Origin: Elusimicrobiota bacterium | Lineage (GTDB): Bacteria > Elusimicrobiota > Elusimicrobia > UBA1565 | Direction of reading: 5' to 3' | DNA: 35,235 nucleotides | Assembly: GCA_043819795.1 (NCBI GenBank) | Contig: JBDREN010000235.1 | Coordinates: 1 to 35,235 of the forward strand | Shown: one piece after another, positions 1 through 8,889 of the stretch | How the letters are laid out: each line of letters begins with the position of its first letter | How positions within the stretch are numbered: the first letter of the stretch is position 1 | Notes under the pieces: model-generated | The model's database searches: none | What the model was told of the DNA's origin: nothing | The model's input: only the letters and a program-made list of their open reading frames with translations | Made by a program: the position numbers and the translations under genes

Positions 1-81
1 TTGGCCCTCAAGGTTAGCCGGCTAGCCGCGAGAGCCGAGAATAGGCGTTTCGACTGAGGGGTTTGAGCGTAGGCCTCCAAA

Positions 82-127
82 GCTCATAACCTTGAGGTCG
101 TGGGTTCAAATCCCGCCCCCGCACCCA
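82..127 (+). pseudogene. tRNA-Met(CAT) 3' half / degenerate tRNA, probable att-site remnant
   Basis: CTCATAA anticodon loop, CCTTG, AGGTC variable loop, GTGGG-TTCAAAT-CCCGC T arm, CCCCGCA acceptor strand and CCA closely follow initiator tRNA-Met. The 5' side (55-81) gives only a mismatched acceptor stem, a short D arm and a mismatched anticodon stem. Confidence 0.75.
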
Positions 128-298
128 TTTAAAATCAACACCCTCAAGTTGAGGGTCTCGCCTGGGACCTCCTGACCGTCGAAGAAGCTGACCACGGCGG
201 GGAGGTCCCAAGTCATTGTGCCCGTCTTGTCGGGCCGGACATTCGCTCAGAGGTCCTTCTCCCCGCCGCAAAACCGACGCCGACTCTACGTGGATGTG

Positions 299-320
299 TG
301 GGGGCCAAATGGGGGCCAAA
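299..320. repeat. 11-bp exact tandem repeat TGGGGGCCAAA x2
   Basis: Direct reading of 299-309 and 310-320; resembles integrase arm-type sites at island ends (inference). Confidence 0.7.
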
Positions 321-491
321 CTCGCGCGAAAAGCCGCTAAATATCGGGAAACTCCGGGAAAAGGCGGGAAAGGACTTCGGGGGGCTTTCTCGTCGACGAT
401 TGCGTTTCTCGACGAGGATTTACTACACGCGGGAGAGGGGGGGATCGTTTTTCGAGAGCGTCCGTTTCAACCGCTCACGCACCCTTCCATC

Positions 492-856
492 TGTCGCACC
501 CCTCGACTGCGTCTCGGGGCCTGAGGGCCCGCGCGAGAGAGGCGCCGTGCTCGCGCGGGTGCTCCCCCTGGGGGCTTCCGCCCCCTCGGGCCCGCAAGCC
601 CCACATCGCCTGAGTGGGCCTTGCGGGTCACCCCCACTAAGGTCGGCGGGCCATGCCGCCGTCCAATATGTCGCACCCCTCGACTGCGTCTCGGGGCCTG
701 AGGGCCCGCGCGAGAGAGGCGCCGTGCTCGCGCGGGTGCTCCCCCTGGGGGCTTCCGCCCCCTCAGGGCCCGCAAGCCCCACATCGCCTGAGTGGGCCTT
801 GCGGGTCACCCCCACTAAGGTCGGCGGGCCATGCCGCCGTCCAATATGTCGCACCC
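492..856. repeat. Tandem duplication of a 177/178-bp palindrome-rich element delimited by TGTCGCACCC
   Basis: Units 492-668 and 669-846 are identical apart from a 1-nt indel; TGTCGCACCC recurs at 492, 669 and 847. Confidence 0.9.
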
Positions 857-899
857 GGTTCAGCGATCCAAGCGCAGCGGGCTTGAAGCGCTGAACCGG
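855..899. terminator. Hairpin, possible terminator of the minus-strand gene ending at 954
   Basis: CCGGTTCAGCG (855-865) / CGCTGAACCGG (889-899) plus inner CAAGC/GCTTG; no U tract. Confidence 0.4.
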
Positions 900-953
900 C
901 GCTGACAGCCCGCCTATTTTAGCTTGGTAGGATTGCCTGCGTCTGGGAGGGTG

Positions 954-2168
954 TCAAACGCAGTGCTGGGCGCCCTCCGGGGCGTCTTTCCGCGCCTGCC
1001 TGCGTCCGGAGCCGCCGCGGCGCCGCCTTTTCCGGGGCCGCGAGGCGGGACTCCGCTCGCCGGCGCCGATGTAGGCTTTGAGTTGGTCGTGCAGCTTGAG
1101 GTTCTCGGAGCCGATCTCTGTGAAGTACTGCTCGACCGGCTTTCGGCCCTCCAGCACCAGAGCCTTGTCCTTGTCCTCCTTCAGAGTGAACCCCATGGCC
1201 GCCATCATCTTCTTCGACGAATCGCGCAGGCGCTCGGGCAGCGCCATCAGCAGCAGCGCCGGCGTGCGGTGGAAGCTGGCCGAGGCGTCCGTCACTCCCT
1301 TCATGAACGCCTTCTTCCACTCCGGGCTCGACCATATCCACCGCGGGGCGCCCGGGGCCTCGCCGCCGGCCCGCATCTCGATTCGGTCAAGGAAGTCCTC
1401 GATCCCCTGGGTCGGGAGGCGGGCCTCCTGGCGCTTGCGGTCGTCGCTCATCGCGAGCGAGGGCTTGACGCCGAAGAGATCCTCGGTCGTGTTCGCCCAA
1501 CTGGCGGCGAAGTTTTGGCCCATGCGGCGGTCCGCCGACAGCGTCACGGAGTCCTCCTCGCGGCGGGCGGCGGCGAGAAGGACGCCCGTCCAATGGGCGA
1601 GCTGGCTCGAGAGCTTCGGGACCCGCGGGCCTTGGGCCTTTTCCGCCGGGCGCCTCTTCGCGGTTTTGGGCTTTGCCGGCGGTTTCGGCCGGCCGGCGGC
1701 TTCCTTCGCTTCGGCGGGACCGCGGCGCCGCCGGCCGCTGCCCGAGGCCTTGCTCCGGCGGCCGGCCGCCGGGTTCGCCGCGGGGGCCGCGGCCGGCTTG
1801 CGCGGTTGCCGCGCGGCAGGGGTCTTCTGTCCCGAGCTGGGTTTCGGGGGAGTGGCCGCCGGGCGGGCCGTTCGTCGCGGCGGGCGGACCTCGACGACCG
1901 GCTGGAACTCGCGCCGCAGCTCGTTGACCGCGGGGAGGTTGACGTGGAACTCCTGGGCGAGGCGCTGGAGGGAGAGGTAGGGGATGTGCGTCTTCCCGCT
2001 CGCCCAGTCCGATGCGGCGTGCACCGAGGCTCCACAGGCCTTCGCGATCCGCTCCATGCGGCCGCCGGCCTTCTTCTTGAGCGCCGTGAAGAACGACGTA
2101 CGCGCGTCGTCCTTCAGTACGGCGCAGGTGACCGACATCAACTCTTCACGCTTGCGCAGGATTCCCAT
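954..2168 (-). CDS. HTH + basic low-complexity linker + degenerate LAGLIDADG-like domain protein
   Basis: 404-aa ORF. N-terminal HTH-like MERIAKACGASVHAASDW, K/R/A/P-rich linker, two LAGLIDADG-type helices (LAHWTGVLLAAA, AFMKGVTDASA) with PRWI before the second. Confidence 0.65.
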   Translation of the reverse strand: MGILRKREELMSVTCAVLKDDARTSFFTALKKKAGGRMERIAKACGASVHAASDWASGKTHIPYLSLQRLAQEFHVNLPAVNELRREFQPVVEVRPPRRTARPAATPPKPSSGQKTPAARQPRKPAAAPAANPAAGRRSKASGSGRRRRGPAEAKEAAGRPKPPAKPKTAKRRPAEKAQGPRVPKLSSQLAHWTGVLLAAARREEDSVTLSADRRMGQNFAASWANTTEDLFGVKPSLAMSDDRKRQEARLPTQGIEDFLDRIEMRAGGEAPGAPRWIWSSPEWKKAFMKGVTDASASFHRTPALLLMALPERLRDSSKKMMAAMGFTLKEDKDKALVLEGRKPVEQYFTEIGSENLKLHDQLKAYIGAGERSPASRPRKRRRRGGSGRRQARKDAPEGAQHCV

Positions 2169-2269
2169 GGATGGTTCCTTTCAGTGTTCTCCTCAAGGGG
2201 TCGCGGAGCTCTCCGGCGGACGGTTCGCTCCGAGTCGGGTGGCCGTGGGCTTGTCTTCGGGATATTGTA

Positions 2270-3226
2270 TCAAGGATGGCCGTCGTCGGGGCTGTGTCCG
2301 GGGGGGGCGTCCGCGTCGCGGCGCTGGAACGGGTCGCTATTCCGGTCCTGATAACCGAGCTCCTCGACGAGCCCGCGGAAGTCTCCCCGGTCGCCGTAGT
2401 GGCGGATCTTCGCGAGGTGCTCGAGGTAGTCGGCCACGAAGCCGGGGGCCTTCATCCGGCCGCGCGCGAATTTTCCGATCGTGGCGCGGGCCCAGGAAAG
2501 CTTCTGGCCGGTGGGGTCCATGACCTTGAGCCAGAGATACTCGGTCTTGTACGCGAGAGCCTCGCCCTTGCGGACCTCGATCGGGTTCAGCTGCCCGTTC
2601 GCATGGTCTCGCGCGTGGGCGTCCTCGTGGATGGTCGTGGAGGCGGCGAACTCGTTGCCGACCCACGACTGGATCGTCCGCATCAGCTTGTTCAGGAAGA
2701 CGCCGATCGTGGAATCCTTCGCGTACACGTAGACGCCCAGCTGCTCGCGGCGCAGGCGCCCGGCGTCGTCGTACTCCTTGAGCCCGTGCTTGCGCAGCCG
2801 CTCCCCGTAGAGGTGGGCGTCGATCACCTCGGAGGGCGGCGGCACCTCGGCGCGCATGAGCGTGCCGTGGACCGCGCGGGAGAGGCCGGCGACGCTGATC
2901 TCCTCGCGCCGGTTCTTCTCGCGATAGTCCCGGGTGTGCACTTCCGGCTTGGCCCAGCCGCGCAGATCGACGGCGCCGATGGCCGTTGTCTCCCGTCGCG
3001 GGATGGCTCCGAAGAGCGCTCCCGCGCGGGCGTGAATGTCAGCGTGCGAAAGCACCGGGTCGGCAACGGCGTCCTGGAGTCTCTCGGTCTCTTCGTCGAG
3101 ATACCGGACCGGCCCGCTGGCCACGGGCGTCCGCTCCGGGTCCCGCGCTTCATATCCCGGGACCGCGGCCGAGGCCGGGGCAACGGCCAGAAACGTCGCG
3201 AGCATGCACAGCGGCAGAAGTCTCAT
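2270..3226 (-). CDS. Secreted protein with HExxH motif (putative zinc metallopeptidase)
   Basis: GGGGAG RBS before ATG at 3226; signal peptide MRLLPLCMLATFLAVAPASA; TIHEDAH motif followed by a distal Glu (GEALAY). Confidence 0.6.
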   Translation of the reverse strand: MRLLPLCMLATFLAVAPASAAVPGYEARDPERTPVASGPVRYLDEETERLQDAVADPVLSHADIHARAGALFGAIPRRETTAIGAVDLRGWAKPEVHTRDYREKNRREEISVAGLSRAVHGTLMRAEVPPPSEVIDAHLYGERLRKHGLKEYDDAGRLRREQLGVYVYAKDSTIGVFLNKLMRTIQSWVGNEFAASTTIHEDAHARDHANGQLNPIEVRKGEALAYKTEYLWLKVMDPTGQKLSWARATIGKFARGRMKAPGFVADYLEHLAKIRHYGDRGDFRGLVEELGYQDRNSDPFQRRDADAPPGHSPDDGHP

Positions 3227-3402
3227 GTCTCCCCAATATGTTAAAGGAACCTCTTTCCTCAGACAAACCTCCGAGGACCCAGCCGCTCCTGGGCCCAAAG
3301 GCCTAGCGGCGGCTGGATCCTCGAATTTATTTTTTCGCAAAAATTTCGCAACAGGCGGGGACTACACTCCAGGGACGGTGTCGGGTCGCGACGGTGCGGC
3401 GC

Positions 3403-4674
3403 ATGGACCTCATCACGCCGAGGCGGTTCATAGCGGTCTTCTTGATCCTGGCTCTTCTCGCCGGCGAGACCGGCGCGAGGAACATGGCGGCCATGCTGGG
3501 CGTTCCCGGGGGGAGTCCGGCCGCCCTCCATCCCGCCTTCGGCCCGCGCGGGCTTGCCTCCCCGACGAGAGGCGTCCCCCGGCTTCCCGCGCCTGTACCA
3601 AGCAGGGCATCGAAGGCTCCCAAGTCCAAGCCCGCCAAGCGCGTCCGCAGGTCCCGCGAGCGCCCCGCATCGGGCGCGGCGTTGCGCCGCTATTGGAGGT
3701 CCGTCCGGCAGGCCGTGCCGGAAAAAGCGGGGGAGAAGGCGCCTTTCCGTTTCCGGAACCCTTTCCCGAGAAGGCCGGGCGGGGAGGCTTCGGCCGCGCT
3801 CCTCCCGGCGTCCCGGCGACGCGGTGAGTCGGAGCGCGGCCAAGGCGACCGCATCCTCATCGCTTCGGCGCGGGGCCAAGCGGCGGCCCGGCTCACCCCC
3901 GGGAGCTATCCCACGCCGCGCTTCGCGCGGACCGGGAGGTGGGAAGCGCGGCCGGCCAATCTTTTCTCGATCGATCATGCCGCGGTGGCCTCGGCGGAGG
4001 CGTCGGCAGCCGCCGCTGGGGAGCGAAGGGATTTCTGGTCGCGAGGATACTCCGAGGGAGATTTGAGGGCGTTCCGCGACCGGTTCCGTTCCCCGGCCAT
4101 CGATATCGCGAGGGTCACGGGGCTGTGGCGCGGGCAGAGCCCGCCCCCGCCTGTCCGGCGCATCCGGGGCCGATGGAGGCGGGGACCGGACGGGCTCTTG
4201 TACCGGGTAAGCTACCTGAACGCGGTCGGTCTTACCATCCTGGATCGGGACGGGGTGCACTTCCACGTCCCGGGCCGGACGAAGTCAAAGCCCGCGGACA
4301 TGGTCGTCCCGGAGCGGCACCGGGGCGTCTACGGAGTCTACCTCGGAGGGCAGCGGGTCGAGTACGAGATCGAGTTCATCAATAGGGGCATCAACACCTT
4401 CAGGGGCCTGCTGGTCACGGGAACCCAGGAGGGCTTCAATCCTTCCGGGGGCGAGGGGCGGTGGTTGTCCTCCCATGAGGTCCTCGCGCGTCAATCCAAT
4501 CCGCTCGCTCCCGGCGAGCGGCTTGTGCTCAAGAGCGCGTTCAGGCTCGTCGCCGGCAGGTATTTCCTGCAGCAGACGCATCTGCGCGTCTATGGAAAGG
4601 ATGCGTCCGGCCGCCTCCGGGAACTGATCGACGACCCCCAGGCCGCGATCGTCGATCCCCCCACCGGAATCTAA
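3403..4674 (+). CDS. Hypothetical exported protein
   Basis: Signal-like N-terminus (RRFIAVFLILALLA), basic disordered region, beta-rich C-terminal domain; convergent overlap with the next gene's stop. Confidence 0.6.
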   Translation: MDLITPRRFIAVFLILALLAGETGARNMAAMLGVPGGSPAALHPAFGPRGLASPTRGVPRLPAPVPSRASKAPKSKPAKRVRRSRERPASGAALRRYWRSVRQAVPEKAGEKAPFRFRNPFPRRPGGEASAALLPASRRRGESERGQGDRILIASARGQAAARLTPGSYPTPRFARTGRWEARPANLFSIDHAAVASAEASAAAAGERRDFWSRGYSEGDLRAFRDRFRSPAIDIARVTGLWRGQSPPPPVRRIRGRWRRGPDGLLYRVSYLNAVGLTILDRDGVHFHVPGRTKSKPADMVVPERHRGVYGVYLGGQRVEYEIEFINRGINTFRGLLVTGTQEGFNPSGGEGRWLSSHEVLARQSNPLAPGERLVLKSAFRLVAGRYFLQQTHLRVYGKDASGRLRELIDDPQAAIVDPPTGI

Positions 4675-6566
4675 TCGGAGCAGCGTTTTAGGTGATCGGC
4701 GGCCTCCCCGTAGGAGGGCCTCAGGGCCAGGGTCTTCCGGAAGTGGGGCGCCGCGCCCGCGCAGTCCCCGTCCCGCATGAGGGCGTAGGCCAGGTTGAAA
4801 TGGAGCCGGAAATAGTCCGGGTCGAAGCGCAGCGCCTCGCGGTAGGCCGAGATCGCCGCCCGACGCCGGCCCAGCTTCTGGAGTCCGAATCCGTGGAGGA
4901 ATCTTGATCGCTTGTAGTTGGGCAGGAGCGCATGGAGCCTGTCCAGGAAGATCAGGCTTTCCTCGAAGCTTCCCGCGTCTTGCAGGGCCCGCGCCGCTTC
5001 GTATTGATACTCGGCGTTCTTAGTGTCCATGTCCCCGGCCGTCTTCGCCTCTCGCAGCGCCTCAGCGCCTCTCCCGGCCGCTTTGAGGGCCCTGGAGAGC
5101 CAGAAGTGGGACTGGGCCCGGCCCGGGTCCAGGGACACGGCATGCTCCACCATGCGCAGGCCTTTCTCGACCTCGCCGCGGCGCAGATGCAGAAGCCCGA
5201 GATTTATGTGGGCCAGGATGTAGTGGGGACTTATCTCCAGCGCTCTTTCCAGAAGGGCCTTGGCCCGGTCCTCTTCCGGATCCATCACGGTCATCGCCAG
5301 GTTCAGATGCGCGAGCGAGCCTCCTCCGGTCTCGACGCCGTGCTCCCAAAGGCTGCGCTCCGTCCGCCACCACGAGTTCTGGATCATCGACGCGATGGAG
5401 AGATATCCGATCGTCAGGACAGCGAGCTTCTTCACGGCGCTCCTGGATAAAAGGGAGTCCAGGGCCGCGTATATGAGCAGGCTCAGGAAGATCAGCGAGG
5501 CGTAGGGCCTGTAGTCCGCCGCGAGACGGTGCAGCTTCAGAAAGGACGACGTCGGGGCCAGCAGCGTCCAATAGGCGGCGATGCAGAAGGACCACAGCGG
5601 ACGGCGGCGCCTGAGCCGCCACGCCGTGACCACGGTGGCCGAGATGAGGAGAAGCGACAGCAGCGGTTTCGGATGCCAGAGCGCCGTCTCTTTCGCGATG
5701 AGGGGGTCGCCGTTCATCCGAAAAGGGTAGACCAGGTTGATCCAATAGCGGGACACGTGGACCTTCACCTGGGTCGCGAGATATCCGAGGTCTATGAGCG
5801 GAGCGTCTCCCTTGAGATAGTGCAGCGAGGAGAAGCCGAGCCAATGGCGCTCGAAGCCCCAGAACGCGGCGGCGATGAGGGGGAACAAAAGCAGGCGGAG
5901 CAGCGTGCTCTTCGACACGACCTTGTCTTTGCCCAGCAGGGCCTCGTAGAGGAGGAGCAGCGCCGGCAGCATGAGGGCGTTCTTCTTGGAGAGCAGGGCC
6001 GGCACGAAGAGGACCGCCGAGAGGCAGTATCCGGCGGCGGAGCGGCCGCCTTCGCGCGTCCGCACGTAGGCCAGGAACGATCCCATCATGAACATCGTCG
6101 CCATGATGAGGTCGCGGCTGCAGATGTAGTTGACCAGTATCCCGGACACGGGATGCAGGCCGAAGGTGAGGGCCGCGAGGAGCGCGATCAGGCGCCTGTC
6201 GGCCGGCCTTGCCGGGGACCCGCCCTGCGCCAGCAGCTCGGCACCCAGGAGGTAGACCAGGATCATCGTGGCCGTGTGGGCCGCCAGGTTGAAGAGGTGG
6301 TATCCCAACAGGTTGTGGCCGGCGACGGCGAAGTTGAGCGAGAGGCTCAGGGGGAGCAAGGGCCGGTACTCGGAGATGCGGGACAGGGAGCTGGCCGTCG
6401 AGGGATCGAAGAAATGGCGCCAGAATGGATGGAGCGTCTCGACTTGCGGGTTGCCGACCACCCTGAAGAAATCGTCGAGGTGGAACGCGCTGTCGAGGGC
6501 GCCGAAGAAGACGAGAAAAGGCAGAGCCCCCAGCGCGAGCAGATGCCGGCGGTCGCCGCTCCTCAC
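4671..6566 (-). CDS. TMTC-like GT-C membrane glycosyltransferase with C-terminal TPR repeats
   Basis: FHLDD...NP and YRPL motifs, LHPV, many TM segments, WRTERSLW, then TPR repeats; GTG start just after the purH stop. Confidence 0.8.
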   Translation of the reverse strand: MRSGDRRHLLALGALPFLVFFGALDSAFHLDDFFRVVGNPQVETLHPFWRHFFDPSTASSLSRISEYRPLLPLSLSLNFAVAGHNLLGYHLFNLAAHTATMILVYLLGAELLAQGGSPARPADRRLIALLAALTFGLHPVSGILVNYICSRDLIMATMFMMGSFLAYVRTREGGRSAAGYCLSAVLFVPALLSKKNALMLPALLLLYEALLGKDKVVSKSTLLRLLLFPLIAAAFWGFERHWLGFSSLHYLKGDAPLIDLGYLATQVKVHVSRYWINLVYPFRMNGDPLIAKETALWHPKPLLSLLLISATVVTAWRLRRRRPLWSFCIAAYWTLLAPTSSFLKLHRLAADYRPYASLIFLSLLIYAALDSLLSRSAVKKLAVLTIGYLSIASMIQNSWWRTERSLWEHGVETGGGSLAHLNLAMTVMDPEEDRAKALLERALEISPHYILAHINLGLLHLRRGEVEKGLRMVEHAVSLDPGRAQSHFWLSRALKAAGRGAEALREAKTAGDMDTKNAEYQYEAARALQDAGSFEESLIFLDRLHALLPNYKRSRFLHGFGLQKLGRRRAAISAYREALRFDPDYFRLHFNLAYALMRDGDCAGAAPHFRKTLALRPSYGEAADHLKRCSD

Positions 6567-6571
6567 CGTCC

Positions 6572-8785
6572 TCAGTGCCGGAAGTGGCGCACTCCGGTGA
6601 AGATCATCGCCAGGCCGTGCTCGTCGGCCGCGGCGACGACCTCCGGGTCCCGGATCGAGCCGCCGGGCTGTATGACGGCCGATGCGCCGATGCCCGCGGC
6701 CTGGTCGATGCCGTCGCGGAACGGGAAGAAAGCGTCGGAGGCGAGGACGAGCGGCGTCGGGGCCGGGTTCTCCTCGAGGAACGCGGCGTATTTCTCTCCG
6801 GCGAGCCGCACCGAATCCACGCGCGACATCTGGCCGGCGCCGATACCGACGGTCGCCTCGGGCCCGGCGAGCACGATGGCGTTGGAGCGCACGTGCTTGA
6901 CCGCGCGCCACGCGAACCGGAGGGCCCGCTCCTCATCCGGGGCGGGCTCGCGCTTCGTCACGGTTTTCAGCGCGTCCCCGAATACGACGCTGTCGGGCTC
7001 GGCGGCCAGCACGTCGTCGCCGGAGCCGAGCGAGCGCAGCAGAGCGGCGCCGCTCGAGGGAGGTCGCATGACGATCAGGCGCAGTTTGGGCTTCCTCTTG
7101 AGGACCTCGAGCGCCGCGGTCTCGAAGGCCGGCGCGACGATCACCTCGAGGAAGCATTTGCGTTCGGCGAGAAGTCCGGCGACGGCGGCCGTGAAGGGGC
7201 GGTTGACCGCGAGGATGCCGCCGAAAGCGCTCTTGCTGTCGCAGGACCAGGCCCGCTCGAAGGCTTCCTTCAGGTCTTCGCCGGTGCCCACGCCCGACGG
7301 CGTAACGTGCTTGAAAACGGCGGAGGCCGGCTCCTCGAACTCGCTGACGGCGTCCCAAGAGCCGAAGGCGTCGAGCAGGTTGTTGTAGGAAAGCTCCTTG
7401 CCCTGCAGCTGCTCGAAGGAGGGGCCGGAGCCCCGGACGTAGAGCGCCGCCCGCTGGTGGGGGTTCTCGCCGTAGCGCAGCACCCGGGCCCGCTTCAGGG
7501 AGGCGGTGATGGTGGGAGGGAAGAGTTCCCCGCCGGCTTCCGACGGGCCGTCCGCGTCGTCGGCGCCGCTCCAGGCCCGGGCGATCATCGCGTCGTACCC
7601 GGCCGTGTGGCGGATCGCGGCCAGCGCCAGTTTGCGGCGGGTCTCGAGGTTGAGCTGTCCGGAGGACCCGCCCAGCTCCGCCAAGACGCCGGCGTAATCC
7701 GAAGGCGATACGACGACGGCGACGTCCTCGAAATTCTTCGCCGCGGCCCGGATCAGAGCGACGCCCCCGACGTCGATGTTGTCTAGGGCCTCACGGCTGT
7801 ACGGGGAGCTTGATCGGGCGGCCGTTGTCTCGAAGGGGTAGAGGTTCACCGCGACCAGGTCGATGGGCTCCAGGCCGAAGGTCCGGGCCTCCTCCGACTG
7901 CCGCGGGTCGTTGCGCCGCAGGAGGATGCCGCCGTGGATCTTCGGGTGCAGCGTCTTCACGCGGCCGTCCAGGATCTCGGGGAAGCCGGTCATCGCGTCC
8001 AGCGCGCGCACCTCGACGCCGGCCTCCTTGAGGGCGCGGGCCGTCCCCGAGGTGGACACGATCTCCACGCCGAGCTCCTCCAGGCCTTTCGCGAACTGGA
8101 CGATCCCGTCTTTGTCTGAGACGGAGAGCAGCGCGCGCCGGATGCGGGGGGAGGCGTCGTCTCGGGCGGGGAGGACCCGCGCCCGGCGGCCTTCTATGCG
8201 TATCCGCCCGTCGGCGAAGAGCCTTACGGCTTCCGGGTAGAGCCAGAGCTCCTGTTGGCGCACGCGGGCCGCCAGCGTCGAGGGGGTGTCGTCGGGAAGG
8301 ACGGGGACCGCCGCCTGCAGGAGGATCGGGCCGCGCTCGTACGCCGCGTCGACCAGGTGGATCGTGCAGCCCGATACCTTGACGCCGGCCCGGATGACCT
8401 CCTCGTGCACCTTCATGCCGTACATCCCCTTGCCGCCGAAGGCCGGCAAGAGCGCCGGGTGGATGTTGAGGATCCGGCCGGGGAAGCTTGATAGCATCGG
8501 CTCCAAGAGCTTGCACATGAACCCGGCCACGCATATCAGGTCGGCGCCCGCTCTCCCGCATTCGGCCGCCAGGAACGCGTCGTAGGCCGCGGGCGTGGAG
8601 AAGTCGCTCGAGCGGACGGCTTTCGAAGGGATGCTCGCGCGTTCGGCCCGCCGCAAGGCCCCGGCGTCCTCACGGTCCGACAGGACGAGGGCGATTTGTC
8701 CGGCGATCCGGCGGCTGCCGCAGGCGTCGATGAGGGCCTGCAGGTTCGCCCCCTCTCCGGAGGCGAGGACCGCGATTTTGATCAT
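6572..8785 (-). CDS. purH: PurN-PurH fusion (GAR transformylase + IMP cyclohydrolase/AICAR transformylase)
   Basis: PurN motifs LNIHPALLP and SGCTIHLV in the first ~200 aa, then RALLSVSDK, GRVKTLHP, LRYGENPHQ, SDAFFPF, RHFRH in the same frame. Confidence 0.93.
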   Translation of the reverse strand: MIKIAVLASGEGANLQALIDACGSRRIAGQIALVLSDREDAGALRRAERASIPSKAVRSSDFSTPAAYDAFLAAECGRAGADLICVAGFMCKLLEPMLSSFPGRILNIHPALLPAFGGKGMYGMKVHEEVIRAGVKVSGCTIHLVDAAYERGPILLQAAVPVLPDDTPSTLAARVRQQELWLYPEAVRLFADGRIRIEGRRARVLPARDDASPRIRRALLSVSDKDGIVQFAKGLEELGVEIVSTSGTARALKEAGVEVRALDAMTGFPEILDGRVKTLHPKIHGGILLRRNDPRQSEEARTFGLEPIDLVAVNLYPFETTAARSSSPYSREALDNIDVGGVALIRAAAKNFEDVAVVVSPSDYAGVLAELGGSSGQLNLETRRKLALAAIRHTAGYDAMIARAWSGADDADGPSEAGGELFPPTITASLKRARVLRYGENPHQRAALYVRGSGPSFEQLQGKELSYNNLLDAFGSWDAVSEFEEPASAVFKHVTPSGVGTGEDLKEAFERAWSCDSKSAFGGILAVNRPFTAAVAGLLAERKCFLEVIVAPAFETAALEVLKRKPKLRLIVMRPPSSGAALLRSLGSGDDVLAAEPDSVVFGDALKTVTKREPAPDEERALRFAWRAVKHVRSNAIVLAGPEATVGIGAGQMSRVDSVRLAGEKYAAFLEENPAPTPLVLASDAFFPFRDGIDQAAGIGASAVIQPGGSIRDPEVVAAADEHGLAMIFTGVRHFRH

Positions 8786-8889
8786 CTTACCACCTCGACA
8801 AAGGCGCCATGATTCTGGATGATTTTAGCGTTTTTTCGCCGGAGAACTCCGTCATTTTTTGGGGACGCTGAGCGGCCCCGATCCGAGGT

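Noticed and set aside
1..90. Group I intron interrupting tRNA-fMet
   Set aside because: The anticodon loop CTCATAA is uninterrupted and no intron core motifs were recognised.
464..856. CRISPR array (GTCGCACCCCTCG and GTTTCAA...CACGCACCC resemble pieces of type I-C repeats)
   Set aside because: Only partial matches; the intervening sequences are ~167 bp and identical rather than unique spacers; no cas genes.
14..894. Short ORFs over the tRNA fragment and tandem repeat
   Set aside because: No RBS or motifs; explained by non-coding repeat sequence.
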